Origin: Bacteroidota bacterium
GTDB taxonomy: Bacteria > Bacteroidota > Bacteroidia > Flavobacteriales > Flavobacteriaceae
Length of the DNA: 64,000 bases
Direction: 5' to 3'
Assembly (NCBI GenBank): GCA_043778045.1
Contig: JAYWGW010000059.1
Location: 552-64,551 of the forward strand
Under the pieces are notes generated by a model, which worked only from the letters and a program-made list of their open reading frames with translations, was not told the origin of the DNA and ran no database searches. Of the stretch, positions 29,513-40,228 are shown in pieces. Made by a program: the position numbers and the translations under genes. How positions within the stretch are numbered: position 1 is the first letter of the stretch; every line of letters begins with the position of its first letter.

Positions 29513-30766
29513 TTATAATTTTATAAGTCGTTCCGTTTTTACCAATTCGTTGTTTGAAAATAGTTTTAAGAAATATAAGCCCGCGCTCAGATCTGAAATG
29601 TTGATATTATTTGCTGTTTCAGAAACAATTTTAGTTGCGATTTTTTGCCCCAAATTATTGTAAATTTCAATAGTTTCAATCACAACATTTGGCGATAAAA
29701 TTGAAATAACGTCTGTGCTTGGATTTGGATAAATTTTGATAGCATTTGCGATTGCATAGGATTCTAATCCCAAAGCAATTGCACCTTGCGAAGTAAGTAA
29801 GCTCGCACGTGGACCGTTTAAAGCAATGATGACTCGAGTTTTTTGATCTGCCGTAAAAAATGCCATACAAGCATCATTAACGTAGTCCATATAATTCATA
29901 AACATTGCGCCATCCGTAGAATTTGTACAAGTATAGCTATTGTCTGGAAAAGTTGGACAGTCAATGTAAGGTCCCAATGTCGATGGCGTGTCTGCTACAT
30001 AATCACTATTGATATCAACTCCGCATTCAACAGTCGTACTGCCATCTCCCCATGGATGTTCCAAATTAAAATAATGACCAATTTCATGTGTTGCAGTTCG
30101 ACCTTTATCAATTGGCGCAATTGCAGTTCCAGTATTGCCAAAATACCGGTCTCCAATGCACAAACCATCATTTGGCGCACCAGCATTTGAAGGTAAATAG
30201 GCAAACCCAAGCAGAGTAGCACTTGCAAATCTACCAACCCAAATGTTTAAATATTTTGTTGGTTCCCAAGCAGGTAGACCACTTGCTGTAAAATAATTTG
30301 ATTGAAAATTAAATGAAGCATTCACTAATTTTCTTTCAATTCCTGTAGTAGGAAAATTGTCTATTGTTCGTTTTGCAAGCACAAATTGAATTTCTAAATC
30401 AGCGCCTAATGGTTGGAAAACGGCAGGAACAACGGTTGTAAAATCGGAATTCAACTTGCGAAAATCTGCATTTAGAATGGCAATTTGAGAATTAATTTGT
30501 GCATCACTAATATTTTGTGCATCATTTTTATAAATTACATGAACGACAACTGGGATAGTAACCACAACATTTGGAGATGCAACGCCGTTTTGACGAAAAC
30601 TTGAGTTATTGTGATATAATTTTTGTTCAAGCGCTTCGTGCCGTGCTTTATATACGGGATCTGATGCAAGTTTTGCTTTCATGATCTCGTCAGTACCGCA
30701 TTTTCGATGTTGTGCGTTTGATAAAAAACTAAAAAATATAAATGCAAAAATTATAGTTGTCTTCAT
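29513..30766 (-). CDS. M43 (pappalysin/cytophagalysin-like) zinc metalloprotease with T9SS type-A C-terminal sorting domain
   Basis: RKCGT propeptide Cys, HEIGHYFNLEH, Met-turn NYMDY and C-terminal IYPNP...GLYFLK..ERLIKL. Confidence 0.9.
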   Translation of the reverse strand: MKTTIIFAFIFFSFLSNAQHRKCGTDEIMKAKLASDPVYKARHEALEQKLYHNNSSFRQNGVASPNVVVTIPVVVHVIYKNDAQNISDAQINSQIAILNADFRKLNSDFTTVVPAVFQPLGADLEIQFVLAKRTIDNFPTTGIERKLVNASFNFQSNYFTASGLPAWEPTKYLNIWVGRFASATLLGFAYLPSNAGAPNDGLCIGDRYFGNTGTAIAPIDKGRTATHEIGHYFNLEHPWGDGSTTVECGVDINSDYVADTPSTLGPYIDCPTFPDNSYTCTNSTDGAMFMNYMDYVNDACMAFFTADQKTRVIIALNGPRASLLTSQGAIALGLESYAIANAIKIYPNPSTDVISILSPNVVIETIEIYNNLGQKIATKIVSETANNINISDLSAGLYFLKLFSNNELVKTERLIKL

Positions 30767-30772
30767 TTAAAT

Positions 30773-31162
30773 CTAATTTCTAATTGTAATTGGCAATTCC
30801 ATTTTTACGCGCACACGTTCACCTTCAACTTCTCCTGGAGACCATATTGGACAATTTTTTAAAACACGAACTGCCTCTTCGCCGGCGCCACCGCCGATGT
30901 CTTTAATAATCTTAATGTTTGTTACGCGGCCATTGATTTCAATCACAAATGCCAACTTTACAATTCCAGAAAGTCCTTCAACTTCTGGCGTTTTGTAATT
31001 TTCTGCAATAAACTTAATAAATTCATTGTAGCCACCAAGATATTCTGGCTTTATTTCAGCCTGATCATACGAAACAGTTTCAGATTGACCAGCATAAGTA
31101 ACTTGAGCTGATGTAAAGTGAAATCCGAAAAATAACACGACAATTATTAATTTTTTAATCAT
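30773..31162 (-). CDS. TonB C-terminal domain protein with signal peptide
   Basis: PEYLGG, V.LAFVIEING, GEEAVRVLK and W.PG....RVRV.MELPI motifs. Confidence 0.8.
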   Translation of the reverse strand: MIKKLIIVVLFFGFHFTSAQVTYAGQSETVSYDQAEIKPEYLGGYNEFIKFIAENYKTPEVEGLSGIVKLAFVIEINGRVTNIKIIKDIGGGAGEEAVRVLKNCPIWSPGEVEGERVRVKMELPITIRN

Positions 31163-31701
31163 GGGGAATATAGTAGTTTAAATTAATATATATAATTGCA
31201 CACTTTTCAATAATCATACCAAACTGAATATGCGTTGGTTATGTAAAAAAATAATTATTGTTAACTAAAAATATTTATCAATCATACTTTGCAATATTAA
31301 CAAATTATTAAGTATTAGCAAAAAATATATTGTTAAATAAGATGGTATTTTTAATTTATGCGTTTTTCAATCCTTAAAATTGATTTTAATCATAATAACG
31401 AATTATTTTTCAGCTGAATTATGAATTGAATATGCATTTATAACTAATTTATTTTGCAATTTACATTTACCTCTGAATTTACATCATTCATTTATATTGA
31501 TAATTTTCTAAGTTTTTACCAAAACCTATTAATTTTATGTATTACAACATTAATATTCTTAAATGCATTGTTATAAAAAATCGCATATTCATTTATAACA
31601 ATAGAAATATATGTTATTTATAATACGACCTATGTTTGCTCCTAAGCATTTTTAAACAGTAAATTAAGATATTCCGTTTTAAAAATAATAGCATATTAAT
31701 T

Positions 31702-32334
31702 TTAGGGTATATTCAAATATTTATGTGTTTGCAAAGAAATTTTCCATTTTGGATTTTGCATCACATAATCTACAATAATAGGTGTCATTTCTTCTTTTTT
31801 GCTCCACTCGGGTTGCAAATATAGAATGGCATTTTCATTAACAAGAGCAGCTTGTTCTTCAGCAAAAATAAAATCATGTTTGTTGAAAATGATAACTTTT
31901 AGCTCTTGTGCAGCTTCGTAAACGGACGTTGTAGGCAATTTGTTTTTTTTTGGCGACAAACAAATCCAATCCCAAATTCCAGAAAGCGGATAGGCACCAG
32001 AAGTTTCAATATGTATGCTTATGTTTTCACGTTTTAATGCTGCTGTGAGTGGCAACATGTCCCACATCAGTGGTTCGCCACCGGTTATCACAATTGTTTT
32101 GGCATGTTTTTTTGCATCTTCAACAATACTGTCAATATGCGTCGGTGGATGCAAAGCGGCATTCCAACTTTCTTTGACATCGCACCAGTGGCAACCAACA
32201 TCGCAACCGCCAATTCTGACGAAATATGCAGCCGTTCCCGTGTGATATCCTTCGCCTTGAATGGTGTAAAATTTTTCCATAAGCGGAAGCATGATACCTT
32301 TTTCTACCGCTTGTTGGATTTCTTTTTGTAACAT
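31702..32334 (-). CDS. queE: 7-carboxy-7-deazaguanine synthase (radical SAM)
   Basis: FYTIQGEG, GCDVGCHWCD (CxxxCxxC), ITGGEP, IETSG and SLQTHK motifs. Confidence 0.93.
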   Translation of the reverse strand: MLQKEIQQAVEKGIMLPLMEKFYTIQGEGYHTGTAAYFVRIGGCDVGCHWCDVKESWNAALHPPTHIDSIVEDAKKHAKTIVITGGEPLMWDMLPLTAALKRENISIHIETSGAYPLSGIWDWICLSPKKNKLPTTSVYEAAQELKVIIFNKHDFIFAEEQAALVNENAILYLQPEWSKKEEMTPIIVDYVMQNPKWKISLQTHKYLNIP

Positions 32335-32353
32335 TTTATTTTAAAAATTTATG

Positions 32354-32361
32354 CAAAGATA
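32354..32361 (-). promoter_or_regulatory. -7 promoter element of queE
   Basis: caaagata = TATCTTTG on the minus strand, about 20 nt before the ATG. Confidence 0.5.
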
Positions 32362-32414
32362 CGCTATAAGGTTCTATCTTTTTTTAATGATTTTATATTC
32401 GTCAAAAATCAATT

Positions 32415-33671
32415 TTAACTAAATCGAATGGCTTTGATGGGTGATATTTTTGTAATTAAGTATGATGGAATTATCATAATTATTAAACAAAAAACTATCG
32501 TTACGACATTCAATCCGATTACGTGCATAAGATTTATGACTACTGGTGCTCTTTCAACATTATAGTTTTCTGGATTTAGCTTCACGATTCCCGTATATTT
32601 TTGAAGCAACAATAAAGCAATTCCTATTAAATTTCCCCATAAAAGACCATTTCCAATTAGGTACGCAGCTTGATGCAAAAATATTTTTCTGATTGTCCAG
32701 TTGTTTGCGCCAATTGCTTTTAATATGCCAATGGTTTGCGTTCGTTCTAAGATTATAACCAAAAGTGCAACTGCCATATTGATTGTCGCCACCACAATCA
32801 TAATAATAATAATTGTCAAAATATTAAAATCAAAAAGTTTGAGCCATTCAAAAATAAAAGCATATTTCTGAACAATTGTGATGGTGTTTAACTTGGAGTT
32901 TGTTTCCTGATAAACTCGTTCGCCGACATGTTCAATTTTATCAAAATCATCAATAAAAACTTCAAAAGCGCCAACTTGTTCTGCAGTCCAACGGTTCATT
33001 TTTTGAACGTGTTGTATGTCACCTATTATATATGTAGCATCAAATTCTTGAAAACCAGAGTTATAGACTCCGACAATTTTGAAAACTCGCAAGTTTGGAA
33101 GTTTATTATTTGCGTCTTTTAAAAAAAAAGTATTGCAATTGTCGCCAACTTTTAATTGCAAACGTTTTGCAAGAACTTCCGATATCAAAATCTCTTTGCT
33201 CACTCCATCCATAAATTTCGGAAGCCTTCCGTCCACAAGATATTCTTCAAGATTATTCCAATGATAATCTGTGCCAACGCCTTTAAAAACAACACCTTCG
33301 AAAGCCGATTCTGTTCGGATTATTCCTGCTTTTGTAGCAACTGCTTGCACGTAGCTGATGCCGTTTACGTTTTTGAATTTTGGATAAAAATCTTGTTTTA
33401 AGGCAATAGGAACAACACTAACTTGAGATTGATTACTATCAAAATTTGATATGATTATGTGTCCGCTAAAAGCCGCAATTTTTTCGCGAATTTTTTGTTG
33501 CAATCCCACGCCTGTTGCAACTGAAACAATCATCATGATCATTCCAATTGCAATTGCGACCGTTGCAATTTTTATTATTGGCGAAGAAATACTATTTTTG
33601 CGCCCTTTGGATTGAATAAGTTTTTTAGAAATAAAAAATATAGTGTTCAAATCGGTTTTTATTTTGTTCAA
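32415..33671 (-). CDS. LolC/E-like ABC transporter permease (MacB/FtsX family)
   Basis: N-terminal TM, periplasmic domain, ILERTQTIGILKAIGA and KISPIKAIRF; alternative TTG start at 33650. Confidence 0.88.
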   Translation of the reverse strand: MNKIKTDLNTIFFISKKLIQSKGRKNSISSPIIKIATVAIAIGMIMMIVSVATGVGLQQKIREKIAAFSGHIIISNFDSNQSQVSVVPIALKQDFYPKFKNVNGISYVQAVATKAGIIRTESAFEGVVFKGVGTDYHWNNLEEYLVDGRLPKFMDGVSKEILISEVLAKRLQLKVGDNCNTFFLKDANNKLPNLRVFKIVGVYNSGFQEFDATYIIGDIQHVQKMNRWTAEQVGAFEVFIDDFDKIEHVGERVYQETNSKLNTITIVQKYAFIFEWLKLFDFNILTIIIIMIVVATINMAVALLVIILERTQTIGILKAIGANNWTIRKIFLHQAAYLIGNGLLWGNLIGIALLLLQKYTGIVKLNPENYNVERAPVVINLMHVIGLNVVTIVFCLIIMIIPSYLITKISPIKAIRFS

Positions 33672-33737
33672 AAATACATTTTTTTGGACTTTTTAAATAT
33701 TAAATTAATTTAAATTTATTATTTTATCTCTTACTTT

Positions 33738-35027
33738 ATGATTTTAGGTATGTATAATTGTGGACGTTTTATATTGATTAAGTTTGCAGATATCACTTCA
33801 ATGTGTCTTACTATTCTTGTTTTTATGCTTTTATTTTCTTGTAAATCAGTTCAGAAAGCCAAAGATTCTACTGTTCATTATTCTACAAATCCAAAAGTTG
33901 TTCAGCCTAAAGTTCCTATTGTCATCAATACGAAAGCGATAATTTTTAGTGCAGGTGCCGACAATTTTGAAGGTTTTTCTAAATATTTAAAAAACAAAAA
34001 AATTGGCGTTATAACCAATCAATCTGGTTTGCTTTTAGACAATGTGCATGTTGTTGATTTTCTGATTTCTAAAAAAATTGAAGTCGTAAAAATTTTTGCG
34101 CCCGAACATGGTTTTCGTGGCACGGCAGACGCTGGCGAAAAAATAATTGACGGAAAGGACTATAAAACTGGACTTCCGATACTTTCGTTATATGGCGATA
34201 ATCGAAAACCAAAAAGCCATCAAATTCAGGATTTAGATGTGTTGGTGTTTGACCTTCAAGATGTTGGCTCACGTTTTTACACCTACATTTCTACTTTGCA
34301 TTACGTTATGGAAGCATGCGCTGAAAATAACATCAAACTGATCATTCTTGATCGACCAAATCCGAATGGTGGAATCGTTGACGGGCCTATTTTAGAAAAA
34401 GAATTTACCAGTTTTGTTGGCATGCATCAAATTCCGGTGCTTCATGGCATGACAATTGGCGAATATGCACAAATGATCAACGGCGAAAAATGGTTAAATG
34501 ATGGCGTTTCTTGCACGTTGCAGGTCGTTGCATGTTCGGCATATAATCGAGAAATGTTTTATGATCTGCCTGTGAAACCATCGCCAAATTTGCCAAACGC
34601 ACAAGCAATAAATTTATATGCAAGTTTGTGCTTTTTTGAAGGAACAAACGTCAGTTCTGGGCGCGGTACAAATCAACAGTTTCAAATATATGGTTCACCG
34701 TTTCTTCCGAATATTGATTTTTGTTTCATTCCAATGCCAAACGAAGGCGCCAAAGATCCCATGCACAATGGCAAAGATTGCTTTGGCGAAGATTTATCTA
34801 AAATTGCGCGTGTCAATCAGTTGGAACTAAAATGGTTGATTAAAGCATACAATGAAACAAGTGTAAAAGCCAAATTTTTCAATCCGTTTTTCACAAAACT
34901 TGCTGGCACAAAAAAACTGCAACAACAGATAGAAACTGGAATTTCAGAAGAAGAAATCAGAAAAACATGGGTTGCGGATTTGGAAACCTTCAAAGAAATG
35001 CGAAAAAAATATTTGATTTACTTTTAA
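33738..35027 (+). CDS. Exo-beta-N-acetylmuramidase NamZ (DUF1343) family protein, probable lipoprotein
   Basis: LFSC lipobox-like, FAPEHGFRG, DLQDVGSRFYTY, LDRPNP and PSPNLP; true start probably downstream. Confidence 0.88.
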   Translation: MILGMYNCGRFILIKFADITSMCLTILVFMLLFSCKSVQKAKDSTVHYSTNPKVVQPKVPIVINTKAIIFSAGADNFEGFSKYLKNKKIGVITNQSGLLLDNVHVVDFLISKKIEVVKIFAPEHGFRGTADAGEKIIDGKDYKTGLPILSLYGDNRKPKSHQIQDLDVLVFDLQDVGSRFYTYISTLHYVMEACAENNIKLIILDRPNPNGGIVDGPILEKEFTSFVGMHQIPVLHGMTIGEYAQMINGEKWLNDGVSCTLQVVACSAYNREMFYDLPVKPSPNLPNAQAINLYASLCFFEGTNVSSGRGTNQQFQIYGSPFLPNIDFCFIPMPNEGAKDPMHNGKDCFGEDLSKIARVNQLELKWLIKAYNETSVKAKFFNPFFTKLAGTKKLQQQIETGISEEEIRKTWVADLETFKEMRKKYLIYF

Positions 35028-35111
35028 AAAGTCGAAAGTTTGAAAAGTCTTAACGTTTGAAAGTTATTGTAATGGCATATAATTTTTAATAGGTGTGTTT
35101 ATCTTAGCCTA

Positions 35112-35522
35112 TTATTTTCTATTCAAAAAAGATTGCAACATAATCGTTGCGGCAATTTCATCAATTAAAGCTTTATTTTGACGTTGTTTTTTTTTCAATC
35201 CTGACGAAATCATGCTTGCCGATGCCATTTTTGAAGTAAATCTTTCATCAACTTGAACAAGAGGCATTTCGGGGAAATTTGCTTGAAATTTTTCAATAAA
35301 TTTATTTACAATAAGCGCACTTTCAGATGGTTGTCCGTTCATTTGTAAGGGTTGCCCAATAATAACTTTCTCTACATTTTCTGTAGAAAAATAGGTTCGT
35401 AAAAATTCAATTGTTGCTTCTGACGCAACAGTCGTCAAGCCAGATGCAATCATTTGAAAATCGTCAGTTATGGCAATTCCCGTTCGTTTTTGCCCGTAGT
35501 CGATGGCTAATAATCTCGGCAT
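35112..35522 (-). CDS. ruvX: Holliday junction resolvase-like/16S rRNA maturation nuclease YqgF
   Basis: LAIDYGQKRTGIA, DERFTS and IDEIAATIMLQ motifs. Confidence 0.95.
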   Translation of the reverse strand: MPRLLAIDYGQKRTGIAITDDFQMIASGLTTVASEATIEFLRTYFSTENVEKVIIGQPLQMNGQPSESALIVNKFIEKFQANFPEMPLVQVDERFTSKMASASMISSGLKKKQRQNKALIDEIAATIMLQSFLNRK

Positions 35523-35656
35523 TATTTTTTAATTTTTTTATTATAACAATTGAAAATATACCTACGATAGCAATTTTGGTTATGCAAACCAATCAAAAAT
35601 CAAAAATTAAACATCAAAAATCTGCAATCGTTAATCTACACAATCGTTAATCCTAT

Positions 35657-36991
35657 TTACAAAATCCCTCTGGCTTTTATCTCCAGATATTTATTAATAG
35701 TATCTAAAGTAAGATTTTCGGGTTGTGTGAGAACAGCGTGTATTCCATATTTTTTGAGTTCGGCAATAATAAGTTTTTTCTCAAAAGCAAATTTTTCGGC
35801 AATAATTTTATCGTATAATTCTTGGATGTTTTCGGCTTTTTTGTCAATAAGTTGGTTCAATTCAGTATTACTAAAAAACACAACTACAAGCAAATGATTT
35901 TTCGCAATTGCTTTTAAATAAGGAAGTTGACGATGCAAACCTTCAAGTGTTTCAAAATTTGTGTATAAAAGTATTAAGCTTCGTTGGTTAATGTTTTTCT
36001 TTACGTCAACATACAATCGACTGTAGTCTGATTCAAAAAAATCGGTGCGAATGTTATATAAACTTTCCAATATTTTTTGCATTTGCGAGTTTCTTTTCTC
36101 TGCCACAACGCGGTTTTCTACTTTTTTGGAAAAGGCAAACATGCCTGCTTTGTCTTGTTTTTTTAGAATAACATTCGACAAAACTAATGTTGCGTTAATG
36201 GCATAGTCCAACAAACTCATTCCGTCAAAAGGCATTTGCATCACGCGTCCTTTGTCGATTGCCATATAGATATTTTGCGATTTTTCGTCTTGAAACTGAT
36301 TTACCATCAAACCATTTTTCTTGGCAGTTGCTTTCCAATTTAATGTGCGAATGTCGTCGCCCGAAACATATTCTTTAATTTGTTCAAATTCCATAGAGTG
36401 ACCAATCCGTCGAATTTTCTTCATTCCATATTGAAACAAGTTGTTTGAAAACGCAATTAAATCATATTTTCTGAGCTGAATATAAGACGGATAAGTTGGC
36501 ACCATTTGACCATTATCAAACAAAAATCTTCGACTTACAAGGCGCAATGGTGACATAACATATACATTCAAATTCCCAAAATGATATTCGCCACGTTCGG
36601 TTGGTCGCAAAAAATAAGCAATTTCAATTTTAGAAGAAGCCTTTATCTTTTTCTTTATTTCAAAGTTTCTTATCTGAAATTGAAACGGAATTTCGTCAAT
36701 AATTTTGGTTTGAATAGGGAAGGTATAAAAATTCTGCACGGAAACAGAAATGCTATTTTCATCGCCGTTAGAAAGTTTTTCTGGTGCAATTCTGTCGGCT
36801 TTTATACCTGTTTTTGTTGAGAATATTATCAAAATATCAAGAACTAAAAACGTTATCAAAACTAAAAACAAGTAAATTGTTGCGTTGTACAAAAACGGAA
36901 AAATAAACGCACAACAAAACAGCAGTCCTATGCAGACAAGCGCATAAAAAAATAAGTTATTGATGTAGAGTTGCTTTGTTTTTGAGAACAT
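35657..36991 (-). CDS. DUF58 domain (VWA-like) membrane protein
   Basis: N-terminal TMs, ERGEYHFG, GHSMEFEQIKEY..GDD.R.LNWKATA and IDKGR.M motifs. Confidence 0.9.
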   Translation of the reverse strand: MFSKTKQLYINNLFFYALVCIGLLFCCAFIFPFLYNATIYLFLVLITFLVLDILIIFSTKTGIKADRIAPEKLSNGDENSISVSVQNFYTFPIQTKIIDEIPFQFQIRNFEIKKKIKASSKIEIAYFLRPTERGEYHFGNLNVYVMSPLRLVSRRFLFDNGQMVPTYPSYIQLRKYDLIAFSNNLFQYGMKKIRRIGHSMEFEQIKEYVSGDDIRTLNWKATAKKNGLMVNQFQDEKSQNIYMAIDKGRVMQMPFDGMSLLDYAINATLVLSNVILKKQDKAGMFAFSKKVENRVVAEKRNSQMQKILESLYNIRTDFFESDYSRLYVDVKKNINQRSLILLYTNFETLEGLHRQLPYLKAIAKNHLLVVVFFSNTELNQLIDKKAENIQELYDKIIAEKFAFEKKLIIAELKKYGIHAVLTQPENLTLDTINKYLEIKARGIL

Positions 36992-37000
36992 TTTTTTAAG

Positions 37001-37204
37001 AGATTGTTAGATTTTTAGATTATTAGATTGTTGGATTTTTTAGATTATATACTGTAAAATAATATTCGCTTAAAATTAAATATTTGTCATTCAAATTCAA
37101 CATTTGACTTTTCAACATTTAACAGTAAGCTTTTCGACCCTCTACATTCGTAATTCGTATTTTGAAATTCGTAATTTGCAATTTGTAATTCTTAATTCGT
37201 AATT
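37001..37204. repeat. Heptamer arrays between MoxR and DUF58
   Basis: ttagatt-like units at 37001-37046; ttcgtaa-like units at 37146-37204. Confidence 0.7.
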
Positions 37205-37215
37205 GAAGTGTTTCC

Positions 37216-38208
37216 TTACCTCGGAACTTCAACCGTTTCCAAAATTTGTCGGATAATTTCCGTGCTTGATATGCCTTCCATTTCGCGCTCGGGTGTAACA
37301 ATAATTCTGTGTTGCAAAACAGGTAATGCAGCTTCTTTGATATCTTCTGGCGTCACGAAATCTCTGCCGCGAATTGCTGCAAAACCTTTGGACGCATTCA
37401 AGATTGCCAGCGATGCGCGAGGTGAAGCTCCAAGATATAGGAACGCATTTTCGCGCGTGTTTATAACAATTTTAGCGATATATTCAATCAGGTTTTGTTC
37501 TACTACAATTTGTTTAACCAAATGTTGATAGCTGATAATTTCGTGTGCCGAAAGAATGGCATTTATGTTAGACAGTTTATCGACATTTTGCAAAGAATGT
37601 TCTCGTTGAATAATGAAAATTTCTTCGTCTAATTTTGGATAATCAATGGATATTTTGAAAAGAAATCGGTCTAATTGCGCTTCTGGTAATCGATAAGTTC
37701 CCTCTTGTTCAATAGGGTTTTGGGTGGCAATAACCAAAAATAGCGCATCAAGCAAATATGTGGTTCCATCAATTGTGATCTGCCTTTCTTCCATCACTTC
37801 AAAAAGTGCAGCTTGGGTTTTTGCTGGCGCACGATTTATTTCATCAATTAAGATTAGATTTGAAAAAATTGGTCCTTTTTTAAATTCAAATTCTGATTTT
37901 TTAAGGTCAAAAATTGAAGTTCCCAAAATGTCCGACGGCATCAAATCTGGTGTAAACTGTATGCGACCAAAACCAATATTTAAAGTTTTTGACAGCAATT
38001 TCGCCGTGATTGTTTTTGCTACGCCCGGAACGCCTTCCAACAAAACGTGTCCGTTTGACAGAATGGCGACCAACAATTGGTCAATCATTTTGTGTTGTCC
38101 GACAATAACGGTTGACAATTCTTGTTTGATTTTTTCTATGCTTTCTTGCAGTTTTGATAAGTCTAATCGCGACTCAAAATTGATGTTTTCAGTTGAATTT
38201 TCTTCCAT
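37216..38208 (-). CDS. MoxR family AAA+ ATPase
   Basis: LLEGVPGVAKT, RIQFTPDLMPSD, DEINRAPAKTQAAL, ATQNPIEQEGTYRLPEAQLDRF and GASPRA motifs. Confidence 0.95.
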   Translation of the reverse strand: MEENSTENINFESRLDLSKLQESIEKIKQELSTVIVGQHKMIDQLLVAILSNGHVLLEGVPGVAKTITAKLLSKTLNIGFGRIQFTPDLMPSDILGTSIFDLKKSEFEFKKGPIFSNLILIDEINRAPAKTQAALFEVMEERQITIDGTTYLLDALFLVIATQNPIEQEGTYRLPEAQLDRFLFKISIDYPKLDEEIFIIQREHSLQNVDKLSNINAILSAHEIISYQHLVKQIVVEQNLIEYIAKIVINTRENAFLYLGASPRASLAILNASKGFAAIRGRDFVTPEDIKEAALPVLQHRIIVTPEREMEGISSTEIIRQILETVEVPR

Positions 38209-38231
38209 AATATATTCTTTCTACTTTAATG

Positions 38232-39431
38232 TTAAGCGTATAATTTTTCTATCAATCGATTCAGTTCCAACAAATCGTTTTCTATAGGTTCGTGAATTTT
38301 TTTTCGATGGTTGTTTATTTTCGCAACAATTTCTTCAATAAGCACAAGGTCTTTATCAGTTTTTTGTTGCAATCTTTTGATAAAGAATGCATCTAATTTC
38401 GTGGTGTCCATCAGATAATCTTGACGAAGTTTTTCAAGAAAATATATAATTTTTTTGTCCATCATATTGCCATAATCCGCTTCTTGAAAATATAAGTTTC
38501 CGATTGTTTTTGCGAAATCTACTGTAGTGTTTTGCAACGGTTTTATAATAGGAACAATCCGTTGGCGTCGTTTTGCATTAAAAAACATAAAGGCAATCAT
38601 ACCAAGCAAAAACAAATACCAAGCCCATTTCAGCGCTGGTTGAGATAAAATAAATCGAAAAGGTGAATTTGAAATTTGATCGCCATCTTGATTTTTCAAA
38701 AACCAGAAAATATTTTCTTTTGGCAAATATGAAAGTACATTTTCAGCATATTTGTAATGATTTTTTTTAAGCAAATGAAAGTTTGTAAAAGCCGTTGGTT
38801 GCGTGTGTAATAGAAAATGTCCATCGCCGAAAGGCACCTTAATAAAATTCACACGAGTAGAATCGCCAGTGTGAAACCCTAAAACTTGGGTCGTTAAAGT
38901 GTCAATTTTTGAAAAATATGTCGTACTAAAATCTTCTACTAAATTGTATTTGGCGGTATCTAAATTTTTGTTTGCAATCCAACAAAATAAGCTATCCTTA
39001 ATTTCAAATTCGCTGTTAATTTTAATTTTCAAACTATCCAAAACAATACTCGGAAAACCTTGCATGCTTAAAAAAACGGTGTTTCCACGTCTTGCAAAGT
39101 TAAAAAATTCTCGTGCCGATTGATCATCTATTTCGTTTAACTGGCTAATGTTTAAGAGCGTACCGTTGATTTTATAATTATCTACTAACGTATCATAATC
39201 ATATTCAGTTTCTAAAAATTCGTAGGGCGTACTGTTGATTTTTTTTATTTGTTGATTTTTAAATATTGTAGGCAATTCATTATCAAGAACATACAATCCA
39301 TAAGGAATTTTATCTTTTACATTATAGGTCGGCGTCCAATTTACAGGCTTCGGTTTGTTGATGTCAATAACTATAATCACCACCAAAAGTAGCAACAAAA
39401 ACATGATACAAAGTTTTATGGTTTTGTTCAT
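38232..39431 (-). CDS. DUF4350 domain membrane protein
   Basis: N-terminal TM, PYGLYVL, HTQP.AFTN, late TM, then KRRQR.VP and IGNLY. Confidence 0.8.
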   Translation of the reverse strand: MNKTIKLCIMFLLLLLVVIIVIDINKPKPVNWTPTYNVKDKIPYGLYVLDNELPTIFKNQQIKKINSTPYEFLETEYDYDTLVDNYKINGTLLNISQLNEIDDQSAREFFNFARRGNTVFLSMQGFPSIVLDSLKIKINSEFEIKDSLFCWIANKNLDTAKYNLVEDFSTTYFSKIDTLTTQVLGFHTGDSTRVNFIKVPFGDGHFLLHTQPTAFTNFHLLKKNHYKYAENVLSYLPKENIFWFLKNQDGDQISNSPFRFILSQPALKWAWYLFLLGMIAFMFFNAKRRQRIVPIIKPLQNTTVDFAKTIGNLYFQEADYGNMMDKKIIYFLEKLRQDYLMDTTKLDAFFIKRLQQKTDKDLVLIEEIVAKINNHRKKIHEPIENDLLELNRLIEKLYA

Positions 39432-40183
39432 CTTTTTAATTTTTGAATGGTGGTTTCAAAAGCAATTTTGGCTTTTTCGAAAGTGTCCATTTCCAAATCA
39501 AATTCGCCATACCAAATGTAATTGTATAAGTAAGACAAGTATGAAAATTCTTGTTTGAAAAGTTCGTCTTTTATTTCATAAACATAATCCGAATTGGTTT
39601 TCTCGATGTCCCATTCAATAATTTCTCGTTGCGACATAATTTTTAATAACCACAAATAATAATACCTAATTGACAATCGATTTTGCCCATTTTTGATTGA
39701 CTGTGCAATCAGTTTTTCAAAATTTACGGCTTGTAAGTTTTTTTCAACATCTTCATAATTGATGATGTTTCTATCTGAATTTCTACCAAAAATCCATTGT
39801 CCTTCATTGTTGAGAATACTTTTGACAATAAGATAAATCACAAAAATCACTAATAGAACGGCGATTGTTTGCACAACACCGCCAATTATGTTGCTTGAAG
39901 TATCGTTTATTCCAAAATCAAATAGTTGGCCAAGTTTAGCTTGCAACCAAGATATAAATCTGTCCCACGCATTTTTTTCGGCCTTTTTCGTTTCATAAAT
40001 AAAGTCATCATTGCTATATTTACTTTTAAACTTTTCATTAAAAGAGACTTTTGTGATGCTGTCCGAATCTATAATTATAGCTTTTTTAGCAAATTCACTT
40101 TTTGAGTCAGTTACACCTGCAAGATTTTGAGCGTAAAATACACTACAATATATAAGGAAGAAAAATTGTAAAAATTTATTCAA
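39428..40183 (-). CDS. DUF4129 domain protein
   Basis: Signal peptide, central TM, SIRYYYLWLLK, KTNSDY and YNYIWYGEF motifs. Confidence 0.8.
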   Translation of the reverse strand: MNKFLQFFFLIYCSVFYAQNLAGVTDSKSEFAKKAIIIDSDSITKVSFNEKFKSKYSNDDFIYETKKAEKNAWDRFISWLQAKLGQLFDFGINDTSSNIIGGVVQTIAVLLVIFVIYLIVKSILNNEGQWIFGRNSDRNIINYEDVEKNLQAVNFEKLIAQSIKNGQNRLSIRYYYLWLLKIMSQREIIEWDIEKTNSDYVYEIKDELFKQEFSYLSYLYNYIWYGEFDLEMDTFEKAKIAFETTIQKLKR

Positions 40184-40228
40184 TGCGGTATTTTAGTTTT
40201 TTTATTTGCAATAGCATTAAGTATGATT

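Noticed and set aside
32362-32390. aggttcta near queE resembling the preQ1-I riboswitch core
   Set aside because: It is on the strand opposite queE, lacks the stem and A-rich tail, and overlaps the predicted promoter region
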